Shown here: piece after piece, positions 9,690 to 20,381 of the stretch
How the letters are laid out: each line of letters opens with the position of its first letter
Position numbering within the stretch: the first letter of the stretch is position 1
Assembly (NCBI GenBank): GCA_027307045.1
Contig: DAHUXR010000006.1
Span: 14,185 to 78,184 of the forward strand
DNA from: Acidobacteriaceae bacterium
Lineage (GTDB): Bacteria > Acidobacteriota > Terriglobia > Terriglobales > Acidobacteriaceae
Direction of reading: 5' to 3'
DNA: 64,000 nt
Notes under the pieces: generated by a model
The model's database searches: none
The model's input: only the letters and a program-made list of their open reading frames with translations
What the model was told of the DNA's origin: nothing
Translations under genes and position numbers: made by a program

Positions 9690-11585
9690 TCAGTGCGCTT
9701 TATCAAGGATTGCTCGAATTTTTGCGCTTAATGCTTGGAAAGTAAATGGTTTCTGCAGGAAGCATGCGGGATCCAGAGCGATGCCATGGCGCCACACTGC
9801 ATCATCGGCGTACCCGGAAATTATTAGCACGTTCGTACTGGGACGCGTCTTGCGCACGTGGTCCACCAATCCACGGCCACTTAGCCTTGGCATGACGATA
9901 TCGGAGATTAGCAACGAGATAGGCCCTGTGTGGCGATCACAAATCTCAATTGCCTCTTTGCCGTCAGCGGCTGACAGAACTCGATAACCGCAACTCTCCA
10001 GATATTCGCATGAGGCGTTGCGCAGGTCTTCTTCGTTATCAACAACCATGATGGTTTCGTGCCCGGGCACATGCGATCTTGCCCGGATTTCCGACGGTGT
10101 GGGATTTGGATCGCTGCCACTCACCAGCGGCAAGTAAACACTGAAGGTTGAACCGCGCTGTGCTTCGGAGGTTACCGTAATGTAGCCGCCGCTTTGCTTG
10201 ACGATGCCGTAAACGGTGGAAAGTCCTAATCCTGAACCAGTCTTTTTGGTGGTAAAGAATGGCTCGAAAATCCGCGATTGGATTTCCTGGCTCATGCCCC
10301 AGCCTGTATCGCTAACAGACAATCGCGCATAGTCCCCCGGAGGCAGCTCGGGCTGATCAGTGGAACTCTCATAGCGGTCAATGGTTATCGTCATGGTTCC
10401 ACCCTCGGGCATGGCTTCGCGGGCATTTGCCGTCAGGTTCATAATCACCTGCTCCATCTGGCTCTGGTCCGCACGCACCAAGCCAACATTCTTTGTGGCT
10501 TGAATGCTGATTTGCACTTCAGCGCCCACCAGGCAATCCACCATGCTGCTGAGACCCTCCAGCACTGTGGCCAGATCCAGCAACTTGAGTGACATCACCT
10601 GCTTGCGTCCAAAGGCAAGCAGTTGCCGCGTAAGCGACGCCGCCTTTTCAGTGGCCGAGATGATTTTCTCCGCGCGCCCGCGTTCCACCGGGCTGGACGC
10701 GCTGGATTCGAGGAGTTCGGCATGGCCGCTGATAATGCCAAGAATATTGTTGAAATCGTGCGCTACACCGCCTGCCAACCGGCCTACGGCTTCCATTTTC
10801 TGCGAATCTCGCAGTTGTTCTTCCATATCCTGCTGTTCGGTGATGTCACGCAGCATGGCCAGATGCTGGCCAGGAAGAATGTTAGCGGTGAAGCAATAAT
10901 CCACCAGTCTCCGCGATCCGTCTTTAAGGTGAGCCCAAAATTGCCCTCTACCGCTTTCTGCCAGGCTTAATTGCGCCCAAACATGCTCAAAGCCTGTTTC
11001 ACAGAAATCGCACAGACAGCAACCTATCAGATCATTGCGCGAGAGATTCACCAGCGCCCCAGCCGCGGAATTAGCTTCCAGACAGATGCCATCACCGGCA
11101 AAAATAACGATGCCTTCCAGAGAATTCTCGAAAATGGCGCGGACCGTGGCCTCGCTCTGCCGAAGAGCTTCTTCAGAGCGTTTGCGCTCGATGGCATAGC
11201 GAATGGAGCGCAGTAACAGCCGTCCATCAAACGTACCTTTTACCAGATAATCCTGCGCGCCTTCGCGGACGGTCTTAATGGCCAATTCTTCGTCGTCGGA
11301 GCCGCTCAGGACCAATATGGCGGCGCGCGACGCTGCTTGCCGGATTCGATAAAAGGTCTGGTAGCCGGCGCTATCTTCAAGATTGAGATCGAGCAGAATC
11401 ACGTCAGGATGATTTCTTTCAAGATGTCCCAAAGCTTCAACCAATCGGGTGACGTGCTGGCATTGCAAGGTGGCGGTGGGTAAACGCAGCAATCCCGTAA
11501 TGAACTTCGCATCGAGTGCATTGTCTTCGACCAGCAGCACTTGAAGGAGTTCCGTTTGTCGCGAATCCACCACCAGCGTTGACAT
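9690..11585 (-). CDS. cytoplasmic hybrid histidine kinase REC-PAS-HisKA-HATPase-REC (CckA-like)
   Basis: N-terminal REC, PAS (AIFENSLEGIV), GGVAHDFNNIL, FFTTK, GLGLS, C-terminal REC; likely start ATG 11585. Confidence 0.92.
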   Translation of the reverse strand: MSTLVVDSRQTELLQVLLVEDNALDAKFITGLLRLPTATLQCQHVTRLVEALGHLERNHPDVILLDLNLEDSAGYQTFYRIRQAASRAAILVLSGSDDEELAIKTVREGAQDYLVKGTFDGRLLLRSIRYAIERKRSEEALRQSEATVRAIFENSLEGIVIFAGDGICLEANSAAGALVNLSRNDLIGCCLCDFCETGFEHVWAQLSLAESGRGQFWAHLKDGSRRLVDYCFTANILPGQHLAMLRDITEQQDMEEQLRDSQKMEAVGRLAGGVAHDFNNILGIISGHAELLESSASSPVERGRAEKIISATEKAASLTRQLLAFGRKQVMSLKLLDLATVLEGLSSMVDCLVGAEVQISIQATKNVGLVRADQSQMEQVIMNLTANAREAMPEGGTMTITIDRYESSTDQPELPPGDYARLSVSDTGWGMSQEIQSRIFEPFFTTKKTGSGLGLSTVYGIVKQSGGYITVTSEAQRGSTFSVYLPLVSGSDPNPTPSEIRARSHVPGHETIMVVDNEEDLRNASCEYLESCGYRVLSAADGKEAIEICDRHTGPISLLISDIVMPRLSGRGLVDHVRKTRPSTNVLIISGYADDAVWRHGIALDPACFLQKPFTFQALSAKIRAILDKAH

Positions 11586-11651
11586 CTTTACATCCACTCC
11601 CCTGACTTCTATTCGTACAATCTTCGTGGAGCACGGTGGCAATCCACTGGG

Positions 11652-12092
11652 TTAACGCGGAGCCCCATCCCGCACCATTGCACGCAATGTTTGCTGCAAT
11701 TCAGAGATTTCTTGGCGCAATTCCTGTAACAAATTTCCCGTTCCGGCCATTGAGCCGATTCTTCCGCATTCCTCCAGCTTAAGCGCGATATTGGCCGCTG
11801 CATGTGCGGAAAACTGAAGCATTGATCCTTTAATCTTGTGGCTGGCCTTTTCCAGATCGGACGGCGAACCATGCTTGATTGATTTTTCTATTCTTGCCAG
11901 CATCCCTGGAACTTCCGCGGCAAACAGATCCACCAACTCGCGGAGCAGGGTCACATCACCATGTACGCGGATCCACAATGCATCCTGATCAAAATGCTCG
12001 CTTTTCAAATGATTCAACCATGCCACTTTTAGCAGCACATTGGCAATTATCTCTCGATTTAATCTGCGGATACACTGTCTTTCAATAACCAA
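11652..12092 (-). CDS. Hpt domain phosphotransfer protein
   Basis: GDVTLLRELVDLF...ASHKIKGS Hpt motif; start codon uncertain. Confidence 0.85.
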   Translation of the reverse strand: MVIERQCIRRLNREIIANVLLKVAWLNHLKSEHFDQDALWIRVHGDVTLLRELVDLFAAEVPGMLARIEKSIKHGSPSDLEKASHKIKGSMLQFSAHAAANIALKLEECGRIGSMAGTGNLLQELRQEISELQQTLRAMVRDGAPR

Positions 12093-12440
12093 GGGCCAGA
12101 TTTCTCCTGAGCAGCCGGCAAAACCTTTTGTTTTGCCAAGATTGAATTAAGATAATTGGCAATGATCGATATGCAGCATAGGGGCTTTTTTTTTGCGCTT
12201 TCCAAAACCGGACAGTATGCAGATTGGACCCATAGAACCAGTATGGCTAAGGCCATGAACAGCATTGCTTTAAAGTTTCAGCGCGCTTTCTAAGAAGAAA
12301 TCAATGTCGATCTCTTTAACGACAGTACAAGAGCTATCTAATAATTAAGATTTAGGTGGAACTAGTAAAGCAGCTAACGACCGATAGGTAAATGTTCAAC
12401 GCACGGATTAGACCTACAATGCTGCCTTACCGAGGAGTTC

Positions 12441-14951
12441 ATGCCGCAGGCCCTTGCAGAAAAAGCGGTTCAGACTAACCCGGCAGATAATGTCGGATTG
12501 ACGACGCAGGAAGCTGAGGAACGGCTCAAACAGTACGGCGCCAACGATCCTGCCCCGGCACGCCGCCATTCAGCGATTACAGAGTTACTTTTACTTTTCC
12601 TGAACCCGCTCGGCATCATTCTACTGATTGCGGCGATCATTTCGGGCTTTATCGGCCAACTGCTGGATGCCGGGATCATAGTTGCCATGGTGCTCGTCGG
12701 CGCAGGCATCAATTTTTACCAGACCTACCGGTCTAAGATCGCCATAGAAAGCTTGCGGGCACGGGTCGCGCCCACGGCTACCGTATTGCGCGACGGACGC
12801 TGGCAGGAGATGGACCGGAAGAAACTAGTCCCCGGAGACACGATCCGGCTTGGCGCGGGCGACCTGGTTCCTTCCGACGCGCGTCTTTTAGTCGCGCGCG
12901 ATCTCTATGTCCAACAGGCCGCGCTTACAGGCGAGTCCCTGCCGGCAGAAAAGGAAGCCGATGGCGCAGCGGTGTCAAACACGCCGGATGCCCGTAACAT
13001 GGTCTTTCTGGGTACCTCAGTGGTGAGCGGGACAGCCACGGCAATCATCACGACAACCGGACGCCAGACTGCCTTTGGCGATATCGCAGACCGTCTGGCC
13101 GCCCGTCCAGAAGAAACTGCTTTTGACCGTGGGCTGCGACAGTTCGGCGGCTTGATCATGCGCGCCGTTGTTTTTCTGGTGCTTTTTCTGCTCGTGGTAA
13201 GCGTTGTTATGCACCGTGATCCCCTGCAATCTCTGCTGTTCGCGGTGGCGCTGGCTGTGGGATTGACGCCTGAGTTTCTTCCCATGATCACTTCCGTTAC
13301 TCTGGCTAAAGGCGCATTGGCGATGGCACGCAAGAATGTAATCGTGAAACACCTTTCTGCCATCCAAAACTTTGGCAGCATCGACGTTCTATGCAGCGAT
13401 AAAACCGGGACGCTTACGACGGGTGACATGGTTCTGGACCGCGCAGTGGATCCGTTTGGAGCACCGTCGGACCGTACATTCCAACTAGCGTGGCTGAACA
13501 GCAAGCTTGAAACCGGAATTAAAAGCCCGCTCGACGTGGCGATTTGCAATCTGCCGTGCTCTTTATCCGAAGGATTCACGAAATGCGACGAAATTCCGTT
13601 CGACTTTGAGCGGCGGCGACTCTCTGTTGTCGTGGAGCAAGCAAAAGAGCGGATGCTAATCACGAAAGGTTCGCCTGAAGGAATTTTCCCGCTTTTATCA
13701 AGTTACGAGCGCGATGGTCAAGCTTTGGTAATGAACGATGAGTCGCTCGCACAGTGCCGGGAGACTTACAACGTTCTCAGCAGTCACGGGTTGCGCGTGT
13801 TGGCGGTTGCTTACGCCAATGTTCCGGCGAAGCAGGCTTACTCGATTGCCGACGAGCACAGTCTCACTCTGGCCGGCTACATGGCTTTTGGCGATCCTCC
13901 AAGAGTCGATGCGGCCGAATCCATCGCGGCGCTCCGGCGTGATGGCGTGGAAGTAAAGATCATTACGGGCGACAGTGACCTGGTGAGCGGCAGGATCTGC
14001 GAGCAGGTGGGACTGAATGCCGGAAAGATCATTTTGGGCGCCGAGTTGGAAAAAATGACTGACGCTGCGCTGGGCCACATAGCGGAGCAGACAACGGTCT
14101 TTGCGCGTGTTTCTCCGGCCCAGAAAAACCGCATCATCATGGCGCTGAAGCATCGCAGTCATGTTGTCGGCTACATGGGCGACGGCATCAATGACGCGCC
14201 TTCTCTCCACGCGGCCGACGTAGGCATCTCTGTCTCCACTGCGGTGGATATCGCCCGCGATGCGGCTGACATCATCTTGATGGAGCCCGGGCTGCAAGTG
14301 CTGCATGCCGGAATCCTTGAAGGCCGGCGCGCCTTTGGCAACGTGATGAAGTACCTGCTGATGGGAACCAGTTCGAACTTTGGCAACATGCTGAGCATGG
14401 CCGGAGCATCATTGTTCCTGCCCTTCCTTCCCATGCTGCCCACGCAGATACTGCTGAACAATTTTCTTTATGACATGGCCCAGGTCACTATTCCCACAGA
14501 CAATGTTGATGCCGCTTACGTACGCTCGCCCCAGCACTGGGACATCAAATTGATTCGCAACTTCATGCTGTTTATCGGGCCTATCAGTTCCGTTTACGAC
14601 TTCCTTACTTTCTATGTGCTGCTGGCGCTGCTGCACGCGCAAGAGGCCGAGTTTCACACCGGATGGTTTGTCGAGTCCCTGGCCACACAGACACTGGTAC
14701 TGTTCATAATCCGGACCAGTGGGAACCCTTTCCGCAGCCGCCCCAGCCGGGCGCTTACCGCCACCACACTCGGGATTGTCCTGCTGGGAATTATCCTCCC
14801 ATTCCTGCCACTTGGGACACGGCTTGGATTCACGCCCTTGCCGCCTATCTATTTTGCTTTTCTCGCAGCCGCGACGGTGACATATCTTTTCCTGGTGGAA
14901 ATCGCAAAGCGTTTTTTGCTTCACAAAACTTTGCGAAGTGGCGTGGCCTGA
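12441..14951 (+). CDS. mgtA: magnesium-translocating P-type ATPase
   Basis: LTGES, VGLTPEFLP, DKTGTLT, PFDFERRR, GDGINDA, SSNFGN, HTGWFVESL. Confidence 0.93.
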   Translation: MPQALAEKAVQTNPADNVGLTTQEAEERLKQYGANDPAPARRHSAITELLLLFLNPLGIILLIAAIISGFIGQLLDAGIIVAMVLVGAGINFYQTYRSKIAIESLRARVAPTATVLRDGRWQEMDRKKLVPGDTIRLGAGDLVPSDARLLVARDLYVQQAALTGESLPAEKEADGAAVSNTPDARNMVFLGTSVVSGTATAIITTTGRQTAFGDIADRLAARPEETAFDRGLRQFGGLIMRAVVFLVLFLLVVSVVMHRDPLQSLLFAVALAVGLTPEFLPMITSVTLAKGALAMARKNVIVKHLSAIQNFGSIDVLCSDKTGTLTTGDMVLDRAVDPFGAPSDRTFQLAWLNSKLETGIKSPLDVAICNLPCSLSEGFTKCDEIPFDFERRRLSVVVEQAKERMLITKGSPEGIFPLLSSYERDGQALVMNDESLAQCRETYNVLSSHGLRVLAVAYANVPAKQAYSIADEHSLTLAGYMAFGDPPRVDAAESIAALRRDGVEVKIITGDSDLVSGRICEQVGLNAGKIILGAELEKMTDAALGHIAEQTTVFARVSPAQKNRIIMALKHRSHVVGYMGDGINDAPSLHAADVGISVSTAVDIARDAADIILMEPGLQVLHAGILEGRRAFGNVMKYLLMGTSSNFGNMLSMAGASLFLPFLPMLPTQILLNNFLYDMAQVTIPTDNVDAAYVRSPQHWDIKLIRNFMLFIGPISSVYDFLTFYVLLALLHAQEAEFHTGWFVESLATQTLVLFIIRTSGNPFRSRPSRALTATTLGIVLLGIILPFLPLGTRLGFTPLPPIYFAFLAAATVTYLFLVEIAKRFLLHKTLRSGVA

Positions 14952-14961
14952 TTGCTGCGGA

Positions 14962-14977
14962 TGTGACAGCAGTCACA
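14962..14977 (+). promoter_or_regulatory. Crp/Fnr-family box upstream of RND adaptor gene
   Basis: TGTGA-CAGCAG-TCACA; -10-like TACGCT 22 bp downstream. Confidence 0.75.
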
Positions 14978-15023
14978 GGCCCGCACGAGTGAAACGGCTT
15001 ACGCTGTTATCAGGAGCAGATGT

Positions 15024-16481
15024 ATGCCGGTCACTGCAAAACAGCAACCCCTCCGTGAAGTCCCCAAGGTAATCGGTCTTCCTCTGGTCGCCAAACGCCG
15101 GCTTCTCTCGCGAATACCTCGTTTGGCCAAATGGATCATGGTGATTGTGCTGTGCGCATTGGCCGCAGCCCTGGGTTGGGTGTGGTGGTCACACTTACAA
15201 GCTCAAGTCACGTATGAAACAGCGGCGCTGGAGCGCGGATCAATCCAGGCCAATATCACTGCTACGGGCACCTTGAATCCAGTGGTAAACGTGCAGGTCG
15301 GAAGCCAGGTCTCCGGAAATATCAAGGCGCTGTATGCCGACTTTAATACCAAGGTCCAAAAGGACCAACTGGTTGCGTTAATTGATCCTCAGATTTTCCA
15401 GGCGCAGGTTGATCAAGCCAGCGCGGCCGCCGCGTCAGCCGGCGCGGGGGTAGTCACGGCCGCGGCGCAAGTGGAAAAAGCAAAGGCCGATCTGGCCGGA
15501 GCGACGGCGAACAAGAGCAACGTGGAATCAGTATTGGCCAAAGACAAAGCCAATGCGCTGAACGCACAATTTCAATGGAAGCGAGCGGAACAACTATCCA
15601 AAAACGGCGTGGTTTCCGATGAGGACCGCGACACCGCAAAAGCGGCTTATGACGCGTCTCAGGCGCAAATCACGGCGGACCAGTCACAGATAGATGCAGC
15701 TGAACAGAATATTCAGTCGGCCAAGTCCCAGGTCAACGTTGCCATCGCACAATGGAAGACATCACAGGCCCAGCAGCAGCAGGCCCAGGCGGCGCTGGCA
15801 CAGACAAAGATCAACCTGGAGCACACCAGGATTCTAGCCCCGGTTTCCGGCACCGTGATTGCGCGCCACTTTGATGTCGGCCAAACCGTCGCTGCATCTT
15901 TTCAAGCGCCCGATATTTTTGACATCGCCCAGGACTTGACGCAGATGCAGGTTGATACCAATGTGGACGAATCCGATGTTGGCAACATCCGCACCGGCCA
16001 GCCAGCCAGTTTTACGGTGGACGCATATCCAGGCATGACGTTTCGCGGTGACGTGACCGACGTCCGCCGGGCGCCAATCGTGGCCCAGAACGTGGTCACC
16101 TATGACGTTGTAATTCAGGTTGCCAATCCTGACTTGAAGCTTTTTCCTGGCATGACGGCGAACGTAAGCATTCTTACGGCAAAACAAGATGGCGTGTTTA
16201 AAGCGCCGAACTCGGCTTTGCGCTTCCATCCAACAGCCGACGTGCTGAAAAAGAACAACCTGCCTGCACCAAAATCCGATACACCGCAAATTTACGTTTT
16301 CGCCGGAAACAAGCTGCAAGCGGTCCCGGTGAAACTGGGTATATCAGACGGAAGGTATACGGCCGTAACCTCTGATTCGCTAAAAGCGGGACAAAAAATT
16401 GTATTGAGAATGACTTCTGCGAGCGCTCCACCGGCAGCCACAAATGCACCGGCCGGAGGATTACGCAGACCGGGAATGTGA
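15024..16481 (+). CDS. MacA-like efflux periplasmic adaptor subunit
   Basis: TM anchor, VGSQVSG, coiled coil, APVSGTVI, GQTVAASFQAP, PGMTANV. Confidence 0.92.
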   Translation: MPVTAKQQPLREVPKVIGLPLVAKRRLLSRIPRLAKWIMVIVLCALAAALGWVWWSHLQAQVTYETAALERGSIQANITATGTLNPVVNVQVGSQVSGNIKALYADFNTKVQKDQLVALIDPQIFQAQVDQASAAAASAGAGVVTAAAQVEKAKADLAGATANKSNVESVLAKDKANALNAQFQWKRAEQLSKNGVVSDEDRDTAKAAYDASQAQITADQSQIDAAEQNIQSAKSQVNVAIAQWKTSQAQQQQAQAALAQTKINLEHTRILAPVSGTVIARHFDVGQTVAASFQAPDIFDIAQDLTQMQVDTNVDESDVGNIRTGQPASFTVDAYPGMTFRGDVTDVRRAPIVAQNVVTYDVVIQVANPDLKLFPGMTANVSILTAKQDGVFKAPNSALRFHPTADVLKKNNLPAPKSDTPQIYVFAGNKLQAVPVKLGISDGRYTAVTSDSLKAGQKIVLRMTSASAPPAATNAPAGGLRRPGM

Positions 16482-17230
16482 GGCTCGACATGCCGGCCCT
16501 GATAGATGTTCAGAATCTATGCAAGGTTTATAACCTCGGTGAAGTGCTGGTAAATGCCGTCCACGACGTCACACTTTCCGTGGAGCGTGGATCGTTCGTC
16601 GCTATCATGGGGCCATCAGGCTCAGGCAAGTCGACATTTGTGAACTTGCTTGGTTGCCTTGATAAGCCAAGTTCAGGGCGCTACTGGCTGGATGGCATCC
16701 CTGTGGAAACGATGGACCGCGACCAGTTGGCCGCTATTCGAAATCAAAAGATTGGTTTCATTTTCCAAACCTTCAACTTACTCTCGCGAACCACGGCGCT
16801 GGAAAACGTTGAACTGCCGCTGCTTTATACCGAGCACAATGTTCCCGATACCGAAGACCGAGCCAGGCAGGCATTGCTAAGTGTGGGACTGTCTGGCCGC
16901 GAACTGAGCTTGCCCAACCAGCTTTCCGGCGGTCAGCAACAGCGCGTGGCCATTGCGCGCGCGCTGGTGAACAATCCTGAGATTCTGCTTGCGGATGAAC
17001 CAACGGGGCAGCTCGATTCGCACACAAGTAATGAGATCATGGCCATCTTTCAAGAACTGAACCGGTCGCGCGGCATCACCATCATCCTGATCACGCACTC
17101 TGAGGAAATAGCCGGTTATGCCGACCGGATTGTGCGTTTTCTCGATGGACAGATCGTAAGTGATCAGCCTGTGGTCCATGCGGTGCACGTTCCCGAAGTG
17201 GCACCTGCGGCAGAGGAGGTTCTCTTATGA
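16478..17230 (+). CDS. ABC transporter ATP-binding protein (MacB/LolD type)
   Basis: GPSGSGKST, LSGGQQQRVAIARAL, ADEPTG. Confidence 0.95.
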   Translation: MRLDMPALIDVQNLCKVYNLGEVLVNAVHDVTLSVERGSFVAIMGPSGSGKSTFVNLLGCLDKPSSGRYWLDGIPVETMDRDQLAAIRNQKIGFIFQTFNLLSRTTALENVELPLLYTEHNVPDTEDRARQALLSVGLSGRELSLPNQLSGGQQQRVAIARALVNNPEILLADEPTGQLDSHTSNEIMAIFQELNRSRGITIILITHSEEIAGYADRIVRFLDGQIVSDQPVVHAVHVPEVAPAAEEVLL

Positions 17231-18462
17231 AGCGCGTACTCTCCGCAATACGAATCGCCCTGCGTGCCCTGGAGGTGAACAAGGCCCGGTCGGCTCTAAC
17301 GATGCTGGGGATCGTGATAGGGGTAGCGGCCGTAATTGCGACCGTTGCCGTGGGTTCCGGGGCGACCCAGCGGGTGCGGCAGCAGATTGCCAGCATCGGC
17401 AGCAATGTGATCATTATCATTCCGGGCAGCATGACCAGTTCCGGACTGCACATGGGAACCGGCAACGCGGCCACCCTGACCGAGTCAGACGTTAAAGACA
17501 TTTCTGCACAATGCCCTGAGGTGGCAGCCGCAGCGCCGGCAGTGCGGGGTGCGGGCCAGATCGTCTATGGAGACAATAACTGGGCAACCGCGATCCTGGG
17601 TACAACGCCTGCATACCTGACCATCCGCGATGTGGCTGTAGCTAAAGGCGCTTCATTCACTGACCATGACGTTGATTCAGCCAACAAAGTGGCTCTGTTG
17701 GGGCAGACGGTTGTGGACAATTTGTTTAATGGAACTGACCCGATTGGACAAATCATCCGGATCAAACAAATCCCCGTGACCGTCACGGGGGTTTTGGAAC
17801 GCAAAGGACAATCACCGACGGGCCAGGATCAGGACGACATCATTCTGCTCCCTATATCGACAGCCAAAAGAAAAGTTCTGGGAATCAGGTCCGGGAATGC
17901 GGATGCCGTGAATGCCATCATGATCCAGGCGAAGGATGCCAGTCAGATTCACGCGGCACAGGACTCGGTATCGGCGCTCTTGAGGCAGCGCCACCACCTG
18001 CAGCCGAAAGAGGACGATGATTTTTCCATTCGCAATATGGAAGAGATTTTTGCGGCGCAGGAGACATCGTCCCGCGTGATGTCCCTGATGCTCGCCGCTG
18101 TGGCTTCTGTCTCCTTGATTGTTGGTGGAATAGGAATCATGAACATCATGCTGGTATCCGTCCGGGAGCGAACGCGTGAAATCGGGTTGCGTCAGGCCGT
18201 GGGCGCAAAAACCCGCGACATTCTTACGCAGTTCCTGGTGGAAGCAACAACGCTTTCACTTGCCGGCGGCGTTGTGGGCACTGTTGTGGGAATTAGTGCG
18301 TCTGCCGTCATCTCAAAGCTGGCGAACTGGCAAACAGTGATTGGTGTTGGCGCGGTGCTGCTGGCTGTGCTCTTCTCGGCGATGGTAGGAATTGCATTTG
18401 GCTACTATCCAGCGCGCAAAGCCGCCTACATGGATCCCATTGAAGCTTTGCGCTATGAGTAG
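17227..18462 (+). CDS. ABC transporter permease (MacB/FtsX family)
   Basis: RSALTMLGIVIGV, GGIGIMNIMLVSVRERTREIG, PARKAA.DPIEALRYE. Confidence 0.95.
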   Translation: MKRVLSAIRIALRALEVNKARSALTMLGIVIGVAAVIATVAVGSGATQRVRQQIASIGSNVIIIIPGSMTSSGLHMGTGNAATLTESDVKDISAQCPEVAAAAPAVRGAGQIVYGDNNWATAILGTTPAYLTIRDVAVAKGASFTDHDVDSANKVALLGQTVVDNLFNGTDPIGQIIRIKQIPVTVTGVLERKGQSPTGQDQDDIILLPISTAKRKVLGIRSGNADAVNAIMIQAKDASQIHAAQDSVSALLRQRHHLQPKEDDDFSIRNMEEIFAAQETSSRVMSLMLAAVASVSLIVGGIGIMNIMLVSVRERTREIGLRQAVGAKTRDILTQFLVEATTLSLAGGVVGTVVGISASAVISKLANWQTVIGVGAVLLAVLFSAMVGIAFGYYPARKAAYMDPIEALRYE

Positions 18463-18527
18463 GTAAAACCCTGCAGCAGATTTTCTGATCAGGAAGCCGC
18501 GCCGCGTCCGAATCAGCAGGCCGTCTG

Positions 18528-18543
18528 TGTGACGGCAATCACG
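18528..18543 (+). promoter_or_regulatory. Crp/Fnr-family box upstream of L,D-transpeptidase
   Basis: TGTGA-CGGCAA-TCACG; GACAAT 22 bp downstream. Confidence 0.65.
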
Positions 18544-18576
18544 TACTCTCAAGCGCGCCAAGATCGACAATGATCT

Positions 18577-20283
18577 GTGAAGCTGAGTACCCCATCTCTC
18601 CGCGTTCCGATTATTCTGTGTTGCATTGCAGGATTTACATGGATCTCTGTTTTTAGCCAGACGCCGAAAGGAGTTGCTCCGGTTGGTGGTACGTCGAGTA
18701 CGCAATCGGAACTCTGCTCCCTTGTCGAATCGGGCCACCTTGATATTTTGCAGTGGCCTGACTTCTCAGACCTTCGCGGCGAAGTAAGGGACTTCTATTT
18801 GCCTTCAAATTACGCCAGAGCCTGGACAATGGAGAATAAACTTACGCCGCAGGCACAGGCCATCATCCAAGTGCTGGGGGTGGCCGAAACAAAAGGTCTG
18901 CGCGCCGGGGACTATGATGGGCCGCTCTGGAATGAGCGCGTGGCGCGCATTGCGGCGCTGGGCTCCAAGCCATCGCCCTCCGATCTGGACCGCTTTGATC
19001 TGGCGCTGACAGTTTCCGTGTTGCGATATGTCTCCGCTCTGCACAGGGGCCGGGTCGATCCCAGACGTTTACGGGTTGATCTGAATATCGACCATAATCG
19101 ATACAAATTAGGCGAGTTTGTACGGTCAAATTTGGCGAAAGCGCCGGACGTAAATACGGTTTTTGAACAGGTTGAATGTGCCTATGCCGGGTACCGGCGA
19201 ACCTTGATAGCGTTAAAGCATTATATGGATCTTGCCCAGCAAGGCGAGGGTGAGCCGCTTCCGGCGATCACGAAAGCAGTCAAGCCGGGTGGTGCGTATC
19301 CTGGGTTGAATCAACTGGCAACAAGGCTGCAACGTCTGGGAGATCTTTCACCGGCTGACTGGCATGCAAGTGGATCGACTGTTTACGAAGGCGCGGTGGT
19401 CGAAGCCATCAAGAATTTTCAGGATAGACATGGTCTGACTCCCAACGGAATTATTGATCAGTTGACGTACCAGAACCTGGTGACTCCGTTCAGCCGCCGT
19501 GTCGTACAGCTTCAACTCGCTCTGGAACGCTGGCGCTGGCTTCCGCGTAACCTGCCGGGACGGATGATCGCCGTGAATGTTCCTGAGTTCGAACTGCGCG
19601 CTTATGACGACTACCGTGTAGCCATAGACATGCGGGTGATTGTCGGCAAAGCGTTCCCAGAACGCCGGACGCCACTTTTTCAGGACCAGATGGAGTATGT
19701 GATATTCCGGCCCTATTGGAATGTTCCGATCAGGATCACGCGCAATGAAATCATTCCTGACCTGAAGAAAAAACCGGGCTACATGGCCAAACACGCATTT
19801 GAAGTGGTGACCCGCCAGGACCAGGTGGTAGCGGCAGATATTTCAGACAGCTCGGTCATAGCCCGGCTTCGGTCAGGCGACCTTGAAATTCGCCAAAGAC
19901 CCGGTGCCGGCAACTCTCTTGGTCTGATTAAATTTGTCTTTCCCAATGACTATGACGTTTACATGCACGGCACACCGGAGCATGCGTTGTTTTCGCGTGC
20001 CGACCGCGCCATGAGCCATGGTTGTGTTCGAGTGGAAGATCCAGTAAAGTTGGCGGCGTGGGTGTTGCAGGGTAATCCGGCGTGGACGAATGAAAAAATT
20101 GAGGCGGCCATGAACGCAACCCAGTCTCAACGGGTGAACCTGCCGAAGTCAATTCCCGTACTTATCCTCTACGCCACAGCCGCAGTGGATGAAAGCGGCG
20201 AGGTTGGATTCTTCGCCGACATATATGGCCAGGACTCCAAGCTGGAGCAAGAACTGGCAAAGGGCTATCCCTATCCTTTGTAA
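18577..20283 (+). CDS. ldtD: L,D-transpeptidase YcbB/LdtD family
   Basis: PG-binding (FQDRHGL..GII), ERWRWLP, PYWNVP, YMHGTP...SHGCVRV. Confidence 0.88.
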   Translation: MKLSTPSLRVPIILCCIAGFTWISVFSQTPKGVAPVGGTSSTQSELCSLVESGHLDILQWPDFSDLRGEVRDFYLPSNYARAWTMENKLTPQAQAIIQVLGVAETKGLRAGDYDGPLWNERVARIAALGSKPSPSDLDRFDLALTVSVLRYVSALHRGRVDPRRLRVDLNIDHNRYKLGEFVRSNLAKAPDVNTVFEQVECAYAGYRRTLIALKHYMDLAQQGEGEPLPAITKAVKPGGAYPGLNQLATRLQRLGDLSPADWHASGSTVYEGAVVEAIKNFQDRHGLTPNGIIDQLTYQNLVTPFSRRVVQLQLALERWRWLPRNLPGRMIAVNVPEFELRAYDDYRVAIDMRVIVGKAFPERRTPLFQDQMEYVIFRPYWNVPIRITRNEIIPDLKKKPGYMAKHAFEVVTRQDQVVAADISDSSVIARLRSGDLEIRQRPGAGNSLGLIKFVFPNDYDVYMHGTPEHALFSRADRAMSHGCVRVEDPVKLAAWVLQGNPAWTNEKIEAAMNATQSQRVNLPKSIPVLILYATAAVDESGEVGFFADIYGQDSKLEQELAKGYPYPL

Positions 20284-20381
20284 TAACTTAGAGAAAAAGT
20301 CATCAAATCAGAATCGACCAGCATCCAACCGTAAGTCCCCCAATTCCTAATTTGCCGAGAAGGTGTTAAGGTCTATTTGTT

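Noticed and set aside
12270..12440. mgtL-like leader or Mg2+ riboswitch upstream of mgtA
   Set aside because: TACAAT at 12415-12420 implies a very short 5' UTR; no Pro-rich sORF or M-box features are visible
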